Shown here in pieces: positions 46,803-56,332 of a stretch of DNA of 64,000 nucleotides. How positions within the stretch are numbered: position 1 is the stretch's first letter; each line of letters starts with the position of its first letter. The notes under the pieces were generated by a model. That model did no database searches. It saw only the letters and a list, made by a program, of their open reading frames with translations, and was not told the origin of the DNA. This DNA is from an uncultured Gammaproteobacteria bacterium. GTDB taxonomy: Bacteria; Patescibacteriota; Patescibacteriia; Magasanikbacterales; GCA-002688135. The stretch is from the NCBI GenBank assembly GCA_964536205.1, contig CAZHVT010000001.1, forward strand, positions 5,944-69,943, given 5' to 3'. The translations under genes and the position numbers were made by a program.

Positions 46803-47942
46803 ATGTCCTCTAAAAACATCAATGTTGCGATTGTTGGCGTAGGAAACTGCGCTTCTTCATTCGTACAGGGTTTGGAATATTATCGTGATCACGAGGGTGA
46901 TCATATTCCTGGTTTGATTAACACGGATTTGGGTGGATATCGCATTGGTGATATTCGTGTGGTTGCGGCGTTTGATGTGAATGCTGAGAAGGTCGGGCGC
47001 GATCTTTCGCATGCGATTTTCACTGCTCCGAATAACACGAAGAAATTTTCCGATGTTCCGCTTACGGGCGTGCGTGTTCATAATTCGAAACCTTTGGATG
47101 GCATCGGCGAGTATATCCAAGATGTGTATCCACTTTCTGATGCAGAGATTCCAGATCCAGTTCAAGTGCTTCGAGAGTCTGGAGCTGATGTGTTAGTGAA
47201 TTATCTTCCTGTCGGTTCGCAAAAAGCGGTTGAATACTGGGCGCAGGTTTGTCTGGATGCTGGTGTGGCGATGGTGAATTGCATGCCGGTGTTTATTGCG
47301 AGCGATCGGGGTTGGGCGGCGAAGTTTACTGCTGCTGGCGTTCCGATTGTCGGCGATGATATCAAATCACAATTTGGTGCGACGATTTTGCATCGTGCTT
47401 TGATTAAGTTGATGGCTGATCGTGGAATGCCGGTTGATACGACATATCAATTGAATTTTGGTGGGAATACTGATTTTCAGAATATGTTGGAACGTAAACG
47501 TCTTGCCAGCAAGAAACTTTCCAAAACGCGTGCTGTGACTTCTCAAGCAGATCGAGATCAGAGTTTGCTGCATGATGATGCGACGCATATTGGTCCATCT
47601 GATTTTGTTCCTCATCTGAAGGATAATAAGATTGCACAGATTCATTTGGAGGGTCGTCATTTTGGTGATGTTCCGATGAGCGTTGAGATTCGATTGTCTG
47701 TTGAGGATTCTCCGAATTCTGCTGGGGTTGTGGTTGATGCGGTGCGATGCGCTAAGCTTGCGCTGGATGCGCATATTGGTGGGCCTTTGTTGGCGCCCAG
47801 CGCGTACTACATGAAATCTCCGATTCGGCAGATGGAAGATACGGCTGCGCGAGATGGTGTGTTTGCATTTGTACATGAATGTCAATCCATGATTTCTAGC
47901 CCCTCGCTTCCAGTGATGGAGCCAATGCGGCAACGCGCGTAA
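46803..47942 (+). CDS. myo-inositol-1-phosphate (inositol-3-phosphate) synthase-like protein
   Basis: N-terminal NAD-binding VAIVGVGNCASSFVQG, overall length and layout like archaeal/bacterial MIPS; assigned from recall, not searched. Confidence 0.65.
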   Translation: MSSKNINVAIVGVGNCASSFVQGLEYYRDHEGDHIPGLINTDLGGYRIGDIRVVAAFDVNAEKVGRDLSHAIFTAPNNTKKFSDVPLTGVRVHNSKPLDGIGEYIQDVYPLSDAEIPDPVQVLRESGADVLVNYLPVGSQKAVEYWAQVCLDAGVAMVNCMPVFIASDRGWAAKFTAAGVPIVGDDIKSQFGATILHRALIKLMADRGMPVDTTYQLNFGGNTDFQNMLERKRLASKKLSKTRAVTSQADRDQSLLHDDATHIGPSDFVPHLKDNKIAQIHLEGRHFGDVPMSVEIRLSVEDSPNSAGVVVDAVRCAKLALDAHIGGPLLAPSAYYMKSPIRQMEDTAARDGVFAFVHECQSMISSPSLPVMEPMRQRA

Positions 47943-47983
47943 ATAAAAACCTCCGAGAAACCTCGGAGGTATTTTTTATTTCT

Positions 47984-50800
47984 TTATTTGCTTACAAAGA
48001 CTGGGAGGGTTTGGGAGTTTGTTGTTTGGCCGCTGTCATAGTGAGCTGTGAAAGAAAATTCGTAGATTCCTGAATCTTCTGGAATATTTTCCCATGTGTA
48101 TGTCATGTTTGATGAGATGTTTCCATCAAAGATAATTGTTTCCAAAAGTTCGCCGGCTTTCTTTTTGATGTATAGCGTGACTTTGTTGATACGCGATGGC
48201 ATTGTTGGTCGGAACTCAAATGTGAATGGGAATTCTACTTCTGTGAGCGTGACATTTGCAGGAGGATAGTTCCACACAACCGTTGGTGTGTCGGATTGGC
48301 CGGTAAGGTTGATGGTGAATGATTGTGATTTTACATTGTAATCTGCATCGTATGCGCGCGCTTCGAATGTGTGGAATCCGCTTACGAATTGTCCGAGATT
48401 CAAAGTTGCTGCATATTCTTCTCCTGAAAATACTTCGCCAACTTGAATTCCATCGACAAAATACCTCACGCGTTTCACGCCATTTGGAGCAGATGCGTTT
48501 ACGCGTGCCGTCATAACTCGATTTACTGTTTGTTTTCTGGTGGGTTCGATAATCGAAATTGATGGCGTGAATTCGGGTTTATGAATATCATCATATTCTG
48601 TTGGAGGTTCTGAAATTTCGATGGGTTCTTTTTCTAATTCTTCATCTGTTTTTTCTGCCCATTCCAAAATTCCCTTTTCCCATGCTGCAAATTGTGCGTC
48701 TTCTTGTGGATTTTCTGGTGGTTTTCCTTGTGGATCCTCTTTATTAACGTGATACAAAATTGAATGTCCGGCAAAGAACTTCTTTTTTTCTTTTGTTTCT
48801 TCTGGTGTGTGTTCTGTTGCGAGCTTTCCTGAAATTGTATCGATTTCAACTTCTTGCAATCCTGGATCTTGTCCGATCAAAACCGGTTTTTTTGTTTTTG
48901 GTTCTTCTGGTGGTTCAAATTGTTCGATTTCTGTTCCTGCTAATGCGCGTTGCATAAATGCCTGCCAGATTGGTCCGGCTGCTGTTGATCCACCTGAACC
49001 TTGTCGCATCGGTGTGTTGTCATTATTTCCAGCCCATACTCCCGCAGCAAAAGATGGGGTGTATCCCATGAGCCATCCATCTCGATAATCATTTGTAGTT
49101 CCTGTTTTTGCTGCGACTGGTCGTTCTCCTAATTGCGCCACAGAATTGAGCCCAAATGCGAATGCGCGTGCATTATTATCGGAGAGAATATTTGAGAGTT
49201 GTCGGACAGCATTTTTGTCGATCATTTTTTTACCTCGCTTTTTTTCATGTTCGAAAAGTGTTGTTCCATCATCGTCTTCAACTTTGAGAATTGATACTGG
49301 CGGAATGTACACTCCTTCTCGTGCAAATGATGCATATCCACTCGTGTGATCGAGTAATGTCACTTCTCCACCACCCAACACAAGTGATAATCCGAAACGT
49401 GAGCGATCTCCTAATGTTGTGTATCCAATACTATCTGCGACATCAAGCACATGACTAATTCCCGCCAAATAAATCATTTTAACGGCTGGAATATTGAGTG
49501 ATCCTTGAATCGCTTTTCGGATGGTGACAGGGCCGCGCTCTTTGAAATCGTAATTTTTTGGTTGATATGGTTTTCCGATTGCATTTGAAAAAGCTGTGTT
49601 TACGTCGTAGAGAATTGTTTTTGGAGTGTAGCCTTTTTCAAATCCTGCGACATATACTAATGGTTTGAATGATGATCCTGGTTGTCGCGGCGCGAGCGCA
49701 ACATTAAATTGACCATCATATTCTTTGTCGAAAAAATCTCGAGAACCTACCATAGCTCGGATTTCTGCGGTTTTTACATCCATTGCTACAAGTGCTGCGT
49801 TTGTTGCTTTGTTATGTTCGCGATTATGATCCACGCCCTTTTTTACTTCTTCTTCTGCGATTTCTTGTAGATCGTAATCAAGTGATGTGGTGATTTTTAG
49901 TCCTCCTGTTTCAACTAATTTTTCTCCGAGTGTTTGAGAGAGCTGTTCTTTAACCATCATTACGAAGTGTGGGGCTCGAATTGAATTATCGACACTTTGT
50001 TTGATTTCTACATCGACTTGTTTTGCTGCGCGAGCCGCAGATTCTGATGCAAATTCTTGTTCCACCATTAAATCTAAAATGAAATCTCGTCGATCTTGTA
50101 GTCGTGTAAGATTATTGAGATAGCGAGTCGGCGCTTGTGGGAGAGCTGCGAGGGTTGCAGCTTCGGCAAGAGAAATATCCTCAACTTTTTTTGCGAAATA
50201 ACTTTGTGATGCAGCTTCAATTCCGTAGTTTGTTGATCCGTATGGAATTTCGTTGAAGTATAATTGTAGGATTTCTTTTTTGGTGTATTTTTTTTCAAGT
50301 TGAGTCGCGAGAATCGCTTCTTTGATTTTTCGGATGTACGAATGATCATCTCCAACAATTGCGTTTTTGATGAGTTGTTGTGTGAGTGTTGAGGCACCGC
50401 CTTGTCCGGATTTTTTTCCGAGTAGATTTGAAACGGCTGCGCGCATAATACTTTTGTATGCAACACCTTTGTGGTTGTAGAAGTTTTTATCTTCGACGGC
50501 GAGTGTGGCGTTTACTGCGTAGTCTGGAATGTCGTCGAGCGAGACAAGTGTTCGTTTTCTTTCATTGAAAATTTCGAATAATAAGATCTCTCCTGTGCGA
50601 TCATAAATTTTTGTTGTTTGTCCAAGAGATCTTTCCGAAAGTTTTTCTGGGTCTGGTAAATCTTTTGCGATTGATGCAATCCAAATCGTCAACAAAATGA
50701 ACATGAGTAATCCAGCTCCAAATCCCCATTTAATTAATTTCCAAAAGAAGCGCTTTTTGGCGCGACGTTTTTTGTATGGTTTGTGATATTTTTTTTCCAT
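47984..50800 (-). CDS. penicillin-binding protein 1A (bifunctional glycosyltransferase/transpeptidase) with C-terminal beta-sandwich extension
   Basis: GT51 motifs (GGASTLTQQL), SxxK transpeptidase motif (GSSFKP), N-terminal TM anchor; 938 aa. Confidence 0.85.
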   Translation of the reverse strand: MEKKYHKPYKKRRAKKRFFWKLIKWGFGAGLLMFILLTIWIASIAKDLPDPEKLSERSLGQTTKIYDRTGEILLFEIFNERKRTLVSLDDIPDYAVNATLAVEDKNFYNHKGVAYKSIMRAAVSNLLGKKSGQGGASTLTQQLIKNAIVGDDHSYIRKIKEAILATQLEKKYTKKEILQLYFNEIPYGSTNYGIEAASQSYFAKKVEDISLAEAATLAALPQAPTRYLNNLTRLQDRRDFILDLMVEQEFASESAARAAKQVDVEIKQSVDNSIRAPHFVMMVKEQLSQTLGEKLVETGGLKITTSLDYDLQEIAEEEVKKGVDHNREHNKATNAALVAMDVKTAEIRAMVGSRDFFDKEYDGQFNVALAPRQPGSSFKPLVYVAGFEKGYTPKTILYDVNTAFSNAIGKPYQPKNYDFKERGPVTIRKAIQGSLNIPAVKMIYLAGISHVLDVADSIGYTTLGDRSRFGLSLVLGGGEVTLLDHTSGYASFAREGVYIPPVSILKVEDDDGTTLFEHEKKRGKKMIDKNAVRQLSNILSDNNARAFAFGLNSVAQLGERPVAAKTGTTNDYRDGWLMGYTPSFAAGVWAGNNDNTPMRQGSGGSTAAGPIWQAFMQRALAGTEIEQFEPPEEPKTKKPVLIGQDPGLQEVEIDTISGKLATEHTPEETKEKKKFFAGHSILYHVNKEDPQGKPPENPQEDAQFAAWEKGILEWAEKTDEELEKEPIEISEPPTEYDDIHKPEFTPSISIIEPTRKQTVNRVMTARVNASAPNGVKRVRYFVDGIQVGEVFSGEEYAATLNLGQFVSGFHTFEARAYDADYNVKSQSFTINLTGQSDTPTVVWNYPPANVTLTEVEFPFTFEFRPTMPSRINKVTLYIKKKAGELLETIIFDGNISSNMTYTWENIPEDSGIYEFSFTAHYDSGQTTNSQTLPVFVSK

Positions 50801-51023
50801 GCTTTTGGGGTTGTTGTACTGAAACGATTGTAGAATTATATTGTTACGTTTGATGCTTATTTATACCTTTTTATTGAGTTTAGAGCAATAGAATTGTGTT
50901 GTAAATGAGTTACATCAGATGAAAAATTAATCCACATCAGACCATTGACTTTTAGGCTGTTTTGTGCTATACTACTGGCGTCTCTGAGAGGTTTCTTAGA
51001 GGCTTTTTTATTAGGAAATTGAT

Positions 51024-51049
51024 GGGTTCCCGCCTTTGTGGGAATGACA
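51024..51049 (-). repeat. R1 hairpin repeat copy e (reverse orientation, overlaps candidate start codons)
   Basis: GGGTTCCCGCCTTTGTGGGAATGACA. Confidence 0.65.
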
Positions 51050-51544
51050 ATTTATACTATGATTACTGATTTCTTACTTCAATCTGCAGCGAAAGTTTTA
51101 ATGGTGACCACAGCGGTTTCCACTCTTCCTGTTGCTGCAAATTCTACTTCTTCTGCAGTGCAAGATGTGTCGCGCGGTTTCAGTATTGGGCAGCGTGTGC
51201 CTGATCCTATGCCTATTTCGGAGGAACGTGGATATACGACATGGGTTGGTACGACTGCGTATTCATCTTCACCAGATCAAACGGATGATTCTCCATTTAT
51301 CACGGCCAATCAAACGGTTGTGCGTGATGGGATTGTAGCTGCGAACTTTTTGCCGTTTGGGACTCGTGTGAAAGTTCCCGAGTTGTATGGTGATAAAGAG
51401 TTTGTTGTTGCTGATCGTATGAATGCGCGTTATTACAAGAAGATGGATTTTTGGATGCCTACTCGTGAGGCTGCGATGGCTCATGGGTATAAATATGTTG
51501 AGATTGAGGTTTTGCCTCCTGCGAGTAATATCGCGCGGAGATAA
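51038..51544 (+). CDS. 3D-domain cell-wall-binding protein (MltA/RpfB C-terminal-like)
   Basis: Signal peptide; C-terminal VAANFLPFGTRVKVP...ADRMNARY resembles the 3D domain; start is ambiguous (51038 vs 51059). Confidence 0.5.
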   Translation: MGMTIYTMITDFLLQSAAKVLMVTTAVSTLPVAANSTSSAVQDVSRGFSIGQRVPDPMPISEERGYTTWVGTTAYSSSPDQTDDSPFITANQTVVRDGIVAANFLPFGTRVKVPELYGDKEFVVADRMNARYYKKMDFWMPTREAAMAHGYKYVEIEVLPPASNIARR

Positions 51545-51684
51545 CTTTTATTGATTATTTCAAAAAACGGCTTCGGCCGTTTTTTGTGTTATTTGGTTGA
51601 CAACAGTGGAATTTGTGCTTACAGTGAAAAGTGGTCAGGGTGGTCATTGATAACTTAATTATTGTTGATTGTGAGGAGGGTAGC

Positions 51685-52044
51685 ATGGGTCATTCGGGTC
51701 CGTGGAAGAAACGTCATACAGGCGTGAATGAAATGAATAAGCGATCTGATGAATTTCGGCATCATACCGATTCCGCATTGATTGCTTTACATAGTGGATT
51801 GGGTGGTCGTGTGACGCGCATGCATACGCGTCTTAAAATTGTGTTGATTGTTTTGTTGATGAGTGTGATTGGTGCTGTTTCACTTTTTCGTGTGGTTTCG
51901 TGGATTGCGTATATTTTTATTGGCGTGTCCATTGTGAGTTCTTTTGTGGGGTTGCATGCGATTCACATGAAGGAGAAGTTTAGTAATAGAATTTCGATGA
52001 TTTTTGCTGAATTGAAAGCGCGTGGAGCTGCTCATCGTCTGTAA
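51685..52044 (+). CDS. small membrane protein, hypothetical
   Basis: ATG after GAGGAGGG RBS. Confidence 0.4.
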   Translation: MGHSGPWKKRHTGVNEMNKRSDEFRHHTDSALIALHSGLGGRVTRMHTRLKIVLIVLLMSVIGAVSLFRVVSWIAYIFIGVSIVSSFVGLHAIHMKEKFSNRISMIFAELKARGAAHRL

Positions 52045-52059
52045 TTGACTTGAGGTTGT

Positions 52060-52488
52060 TTGGGGAGTACATTGTGCCCAGATCATTTTAAGGAGCAGAC
52101 TGTGAAAACTCGGACAGTGGAAATTCCGCCTGATGTGCACACTATAGATGTGACACTGTTAGGCAGGCAGCTTAAACGTCTTGAGATCGGTATTGCGATT
52201 TCTGAAGCGCATCGCCGTCGTGGTGAGTATTTTTCTTACATGTGGGCGTCATGGTCGCTTTCTTCTTGGCTGCTGCTTTTGCTTGTTCTTGCTCAATCTT
52301 ATTTGCCGCCTCGTCTTTATCTTCCTTTGCTTTTTGTGCTCTTAGTTTCCTCCATTATTCCTTTGTTGGTTTTGGTGATTAAGGTTCAAATTGTTAATCG
52401 AGAGATTCATCAATTGGAGGAGCAGAGAGCTGGTATTACTGTTGATAATGTATCAACGGGTATTAGGCTTCTTGGCGAGACTGGTTAG
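52060..52488 (+). CDS. small membrane protein, hypothetical
   Basis: 142-aa ORF with a central hydrophobic stretch. Confidence 0.35.
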   Translation: MGSTLCPDHFKEQTVKTRTVEIPPDVHTIDVTLLGRQLKRLEIGIAISEAHRRRGEYFSYMWASWSLSSWLLLLLVLAQSYLPPRLYLPLLFVLLVSSIIPLLVLVIKVQIVNREIHQLEEQRAGITVDNVSTGIRLLGETG

Positions 52489-52489
52489 T

Positions 52490-52735
52490 ATGAGGTTGGT
52501 GTACGGCGCAGGAGTTATGGGTGGGTTGATAGGATTGTGTGGAATTCTCGGTGTGTTATTTTTTGTAGCTCGAGCGAGATATTTGCAGTCACAGCAATCT
52601 CATGACGATGTAGAATCTGCACATCAGGACATGTATACATTGCAAGGAATTCTTCCTCAATTTGCTGCAAGTCTGTTTGCACTTTTGCTGGGAATAGTCC
52701 TGATTGTTGTTTCGCATATTTTTGGCGGGCCATGA
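52490..52735 (+). CDS. small membrane protein, hypothetical
   Basis: Start placed at the ATG immediately after the upstream stop. Confidence 0.35.
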   Translation: MRLVYGAGVMGGLIGLCGILGVLFFVARARYLQSQQSHDDVESAHQDMYTLQGILPQFAASLFALLLGIVLIVVSHIFGGP

Positions 52736-52811
52736 ACCACAAGGGTTCACGGTGCCGTCTTTTTTATTTGCTTGATTAATGTCTATGATTTCTATATGAT
52801 TATTTCGCTGT

Positions 52812-52843
52812 GGCCAGGTAGCCAAGTGGTAAGGCAGGGGCCT
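52812..52843 (+). other. Duplicated 5' half (32 nt) of tRNA-Cys; not a functional tRNA
   Basis: GGCCAGGTAGCCAAGTGGTAAGGCAGGGGCCT identical to positions 1-32 of the complete tRNA-Cys 205 bp downstream, then diverges. Confidence 0.7.
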
Positions 52844-52915
52844 ACTTCACCCTCCATTCGTTATTGCTCAACATCCGATACTAGCAAGCTGCACTTGTCT
52901 TCACTCGTCACTTAT

Positions 52916-52947
52916 TCGACGTACGGAAATGTACGACTCATTGCGTG
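52916..52947 (+). repeat. R3 repeat (TCGACGTACGgaaaTGTACGACTCattgcgtg); related copy at 43236-43265
   Basis: Shared CGACGTACG-N4-TGTACGACTC core between the two intergenic regions. Confidence 0.45.
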
Positions 52948-53016
52948 ACTCCCTCCAGACAAGCACATCTTACACAGTCTCGAATGTCGTCCGTGTTCGT
53001 GGAAAATTTACATTAT

Positions 53017-53088
53017 GGCCAGGTAGCCAAGTGGTAAGGCAGGGGCCTGCAAAGCCTCTATTCGTGGGTTCGATCCCCGCTCTGGCCT
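53017..53088 (+). tRNA. tRNA-Cys (anticodon GCA); CCA encoded at 53089-53091
   Basis: GGCCAGGTAGCCAAGTGGTAAGGCAGGGGCCTGCAAAGCCTCTATTCGTGGGTTCGATCCCCGCTCTGGCCT cloverleaf, anticodon loop CTGCAAA; terminator hairpin follows at 53100-53125. Confidence 0.85.
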
Positions 53089-53179
53089 CCATCCGATAAA
53101 AGTCCTTATGGGCTTTTTTTGGTTGACAATGTTTAATGTTGATGCTATAGTTTGGTCGTTCTTTTTCTGGAGGTGAATT

Positions 53180-53584
53180 GTGGGTGATACAAAAGATAGT
53201 GTGGGGCTTTTTATCCGAAATGCTGCGGGGTTGTATTTATTGCAGTTTCGGGATAATGCGCCGCAGAATACCGCCAAGCTGACATGGGATGTATTTGGTG
53301 GACATATGAAGTTGGGTGAAACTCCGGAGAAGTGTGCGTCCCGTGAATTGCCTGAGGAGCTTGCAATTGGATCTGTCCATATTGCATCCTTCTCAATTGT
53401 GGGTTATTTTGAGAAGGAAAATGGCGGGCTCATGTATTGCGCTCAGTACCAATTTCCTATTGAGTGGAAAGATTTTCGAGTTTTGGAAGGTGCTGGTGCA
53501 GGATTTTTTTCCACGTATGATGTCTCTTGTTTGCAGCCCGTTTTCTCGGGTGCACGTGAAATGTTTCGGAGATTTGGTAAATGA
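53180..53584 (+). CDS. NUDIX hydrolase
   Basis: Canonical Nudix box GGHMKLGETPEKCASRELPEELAI (GX5EX7REUXEEXGU); GTG start after GGAGGTG; terminator aaaaggccTTATggccttttttt follows. Confidence 0.8.
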   Translation: MGDTKDSVGLFIRNAAGLYLLQFRDNAPQNTAKLTWDVFGGHMKLGETPEKCASRELPEELAIGSVHIASFSIVGYFEKENGGLMYCAQYQFPIEWKDFRVLEGAGAGFFSTYDVSCLQPVFSGAREMFRRFGK

Positions 53585-53645
53585 GTCAAAAGGCCTTATG
53601 GCCTTTTTTTATTTGGGTTGAGGTGGTAAGATTTGTTTCTACATA

Positions 53646-53671
53646 CATGGATTCCGTACGACTACGGAATG
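53646..53671 (+). repeat. R2 hairpin repeat copy 2, immediately upstream of the polA start
   Basis: CATGGATTCCGTACGACTACGGAATG. Confidence 0.55.
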
Positions 53672-53677
53672 GTAATT

Positions 53678-56323
53678 ATGAGTGATAAAAAGACATTGGT
53701 TTTAATTGATGGAAATGCGATTTTGCATCGTGCGTATCATGCGTTGCCTCCGATGAGTACGAAGGATGGGACGCTGGTGAATGCGGTGTATGGATTTTCA
53801 TCACTGCTTTTAAAAATTATGAATGACATCAAGCCGGATGGTTTGGTGTGTACGTTTGATTTGGCTGGTGGAACGTTTCGGGACGAGATTTATCCAGAAT
53901 ATAAAGCGACGCGTGAGAAGAAATCGCAGGAGTTATATGATCAGTTGGATCCGATTAAGGATGTATTGGATGCCTTTGCTATTCCGTGGTTTGAGAAAGA
54001 AGGGTATGAGGCGGATGATATTATTGGATCGATTTCAAAGCAGATTACGAAAAAAAATAAAGATTGGAAGGTGTTGATTGTGACGGGGGATTTGGATGAG
54101 TTGCAGTTGGTGGATGAGCAGATTAATTTGTATATGTTGAAGAAAGGGATTTCGCAGGTGAAGATTTATGATGAGGTTGCGGTGCATGAGCGATATGGAT
54201 TGACGCCGGATGAGTTGATTGATTATAAAGCGTTTAAGGGTGATCCTTCGGATAATATTAAGGGTGTTGCGGGGATTGGTGATAAGGGGGCGACGCAATT
54301 GATTCAGTCGTTTGGTTCGGTTGAGGGAGTATATAAGGCTTTGAGTGATGAGGGGTTGGAGGGATTTTCTGCGGGTGTTGCGAAAAAGGTTCGTGATGGT
54401 GAGGAGGATGCGAAGTTGGCGAAGGAGTTGGTAACAATCGTCACGGATTTGAAAACAGATTTTGATTTGAAAGATTCTTATTTGCATGATTTTGAGTTTG
54501 AGGATGTTGAGAAAGTTTTTCGTGGTTTGGAATTTGGTTCGTTGTTGTCTCGTGTTCCAGGTTCGAAGGTTGCACCAGTGCGCGCATCTAAAGCATCTTC
54601 TACTATTATCCCGCTGGAGGTGACGGTGGATCAGAAGGATTGGAAAGATTTTATTTTACTGTGTGAGAAGCAGAAGTATGTGGTTGTGTTTGCGCATAAG
54701 GCTGAACAGACTTCGATGTTTGAATCTGGTGTGACGATGGGATGTGTAGTTGGTGATGAAACGTTTGTATTTTTATTGAATGATGCACGGCGAAATGTGT
54801 TGCTAGATATTATTTTGAATAAGAAAATTGCGTTGGTTGGATTTGATGTGAAGCGATTGTTTCATGTGTTGGATGTTGATGATGTTTCTGATTTTGTGAT
54901 TGATGATGTGATGTTGTTGGAATATGTGTTGCATGCGGGGCGTCAAACTACATTAGCGAATGTGTTGTTTCAGTATGCGGATGTGACGCTTCCTTCTAAG
55001 GTGCCTGCTGATGTTGTTGGTTATGTTGGTTCTATTGTAGATGGGTTGTCACATGCATATACAGCTTTGCGAAAAGAGATTAAAGGAAATTCTGTTGAGA
55101 AAGTTTTGGATGAGATTGAGATACCTTTGTTGCCGGTTTTGTATGCGATGGAGCGTGCTGGCGTGCAGCTGGATGTTCTCGAATTATCGAAATTGCATGA
55201 TGTGGTGGTGAAGGATATCGAGAATTTAAAAAAGAAAATGTATAAGGCCTGTGGCGTTGAGTTTAATATTTCATCACCCTCGCAATTGAAGGATGTGTTG
55301 TTTGAGACGTTGCAATTGCCGACGCAAGGGATTAAGAAAGGGAAAACAGGGTATTCGACGGCTGCTTCTGAATTAGAAAAGTTGCGTGGAATGCATCCGA
55401 TTATTGAGGATATTTTTGTGTATCGTGAGTTATCGAAATTGCAGTCGACGTATATTGATGCATTGCCGAAGTTGGTTGCCAGAGATGGTCGAGTGCATAC
55501 GACGTTTGCGCAATCGGTTACATCGACGGGACGATTGGCATCATTGAGTCCGAATTTGCAGAATATTCCGATGCGGACTGCGCGTGGACGAGAGGTGCGC
55601 GCGGCATTTATTCCGAAAGATGGTTTTGTTTTATTGGCGGCTGATTATTCACAGATTGAGTTACGTCTTGTGGCACATATTTCAAAAGATAAAGAATTGA
55701 CTCGAATTTTTAAGGAGGGTGAGGATGTGCACACAGCGACCGCGGCGAAGATTCATGGAATTCCAATTGAGAAAGTGACGAAAGATATTCGGAGAACTGC
55801 GAAGGAAGTTAACTTTGGAGTTTTGTATGGGATGGGTGCATTTGGGTTAGCGTCTCGAACGGGGATTTCTCGAGTTGAGGCTGCGGAATTTATTGAAAAT
55901 TATTTTGATTCGTTTTTTGGTGTGAAAAAATATGTTGATGCGACGATAAAGAAAGCGGCGAAAGATGGATATGTTGAGACGATGTTTGGTCGTCGTCGTG
56001 AATTGCCAGAATTATCAAGTGATGTTGGAATGGTTCGAAAGGCAGGAGAGCGCATGGCGGTTAATATGCCAACGCAGGGCGCGCAAGCTGATATTATTAA
56101 AAAGGCGATGGTGGAAATGCATGAGATTTTAGATGGAGAGGAAAAAGAGATTCAGATGTTGCTGCAAGTTCATGATGAGTTAGTATTTGAAGTGAAAAAG
56201 GGAAAAGAACAGGAGTGGGCAAAAAAAATAAAGAAAGTGATGGAAGGTGTGGTGAAGTTGAAAGTTCCGATTATCGTTGATGTACATGTTGGCGATAATT
56301 GGCGTGATATGAAAGATTTGTAA
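53678..56323 (+). CDS. polA: DNA polymerase I
   Basis: 5'-3' exonuclease N-terminus (LIDGNAILHRAYHA), polymerase motifs A (DYSQIELR), B (RRTAKEVNFGVLYG) and C (VHDE); about 880 aa. Confidence 0.9.
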   Translation: MSDKKTLVLIDGNAILHRAYHALPPMSTKDGTLVNAVYGFSSLLLKIMNDIKPDGLVCTFDLAGGTFRDEIYPEYKATREKKSQELYDQLDPIKDVLDAFAIPWFEKEGYEADDIIGSISKQITKKNKDWKVLIVTGDLDELQLVDEQINLYMLKKGISQVKIYDEVAVHERYGLTPDELIDYKAFKGDPSDNIKGVAGIGDKGATQLIQSFGSVEGVYKALSDEGLEGFSAGVAKKVRDGEEDAKLAKELVTIVTDLKTDFDLKDSYLHDFEFEDVEKVFRGLEFGSLLSRVPGSKVAPVRASKASSTIIPLEVTVDQKDWKDFILLCEKQKYVVVFAHKAEQTSMFESGVTMGCVVGDETFVFLLNDARRNVLLDIILNKKIALVGFDVKRLFHVLDVDDVSDFVIDDVMLLEYVLHAGRQTTLANVLFQYADVTLPSKVPADVVGYVGSIVDGLSHAYTALRKEIKGNSVEKVLDEIEIPLLPVLYAMERAGVQLDVLELSKLHDVVVKDIENLKKKMYKACGVEFNISSPSQLKDVLFETLQLPTQGIKKGKTGYSTAASELEKLRGMHPIIEDIFVYRELSKLQSTYIDALPKLVARDGRVHTTFAQSVTSTGRLASLSPNLQNIPMRTARGREVRAAFIPKDGFVLLAADYSQIELRLVAHISKDKELTRIFKEGEDVHTATAAKIHGIPIEKVTKDIRRTAKEVNFGVLYGMGAFGLASRTGISRVEAAEFIENYFDSFFGVKKYVDATIKKAAKDGYVETMFGRRRELPELSSDVGMVRKAGERMAVNMPTQGAQADIIKKAMVEMHEILDGEEKEIQMLLQVHDELVFEVKKGKEQEWAKKIKKVMEGVVKLKVPIIVDVHVGDNWRDMKDL

Positions 56324-56332
56324 TTCGTTATT

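Noticed and set aside
52812-53088. Reading the upstream tRNA-Cys half plus spacer as an intron-containing tRNA
   Set aside because: The downstream copy is a complete, uninterrupted tRNA with its own 5' half, so the upstream 32 nt are a duplication rather than a 5' exon.
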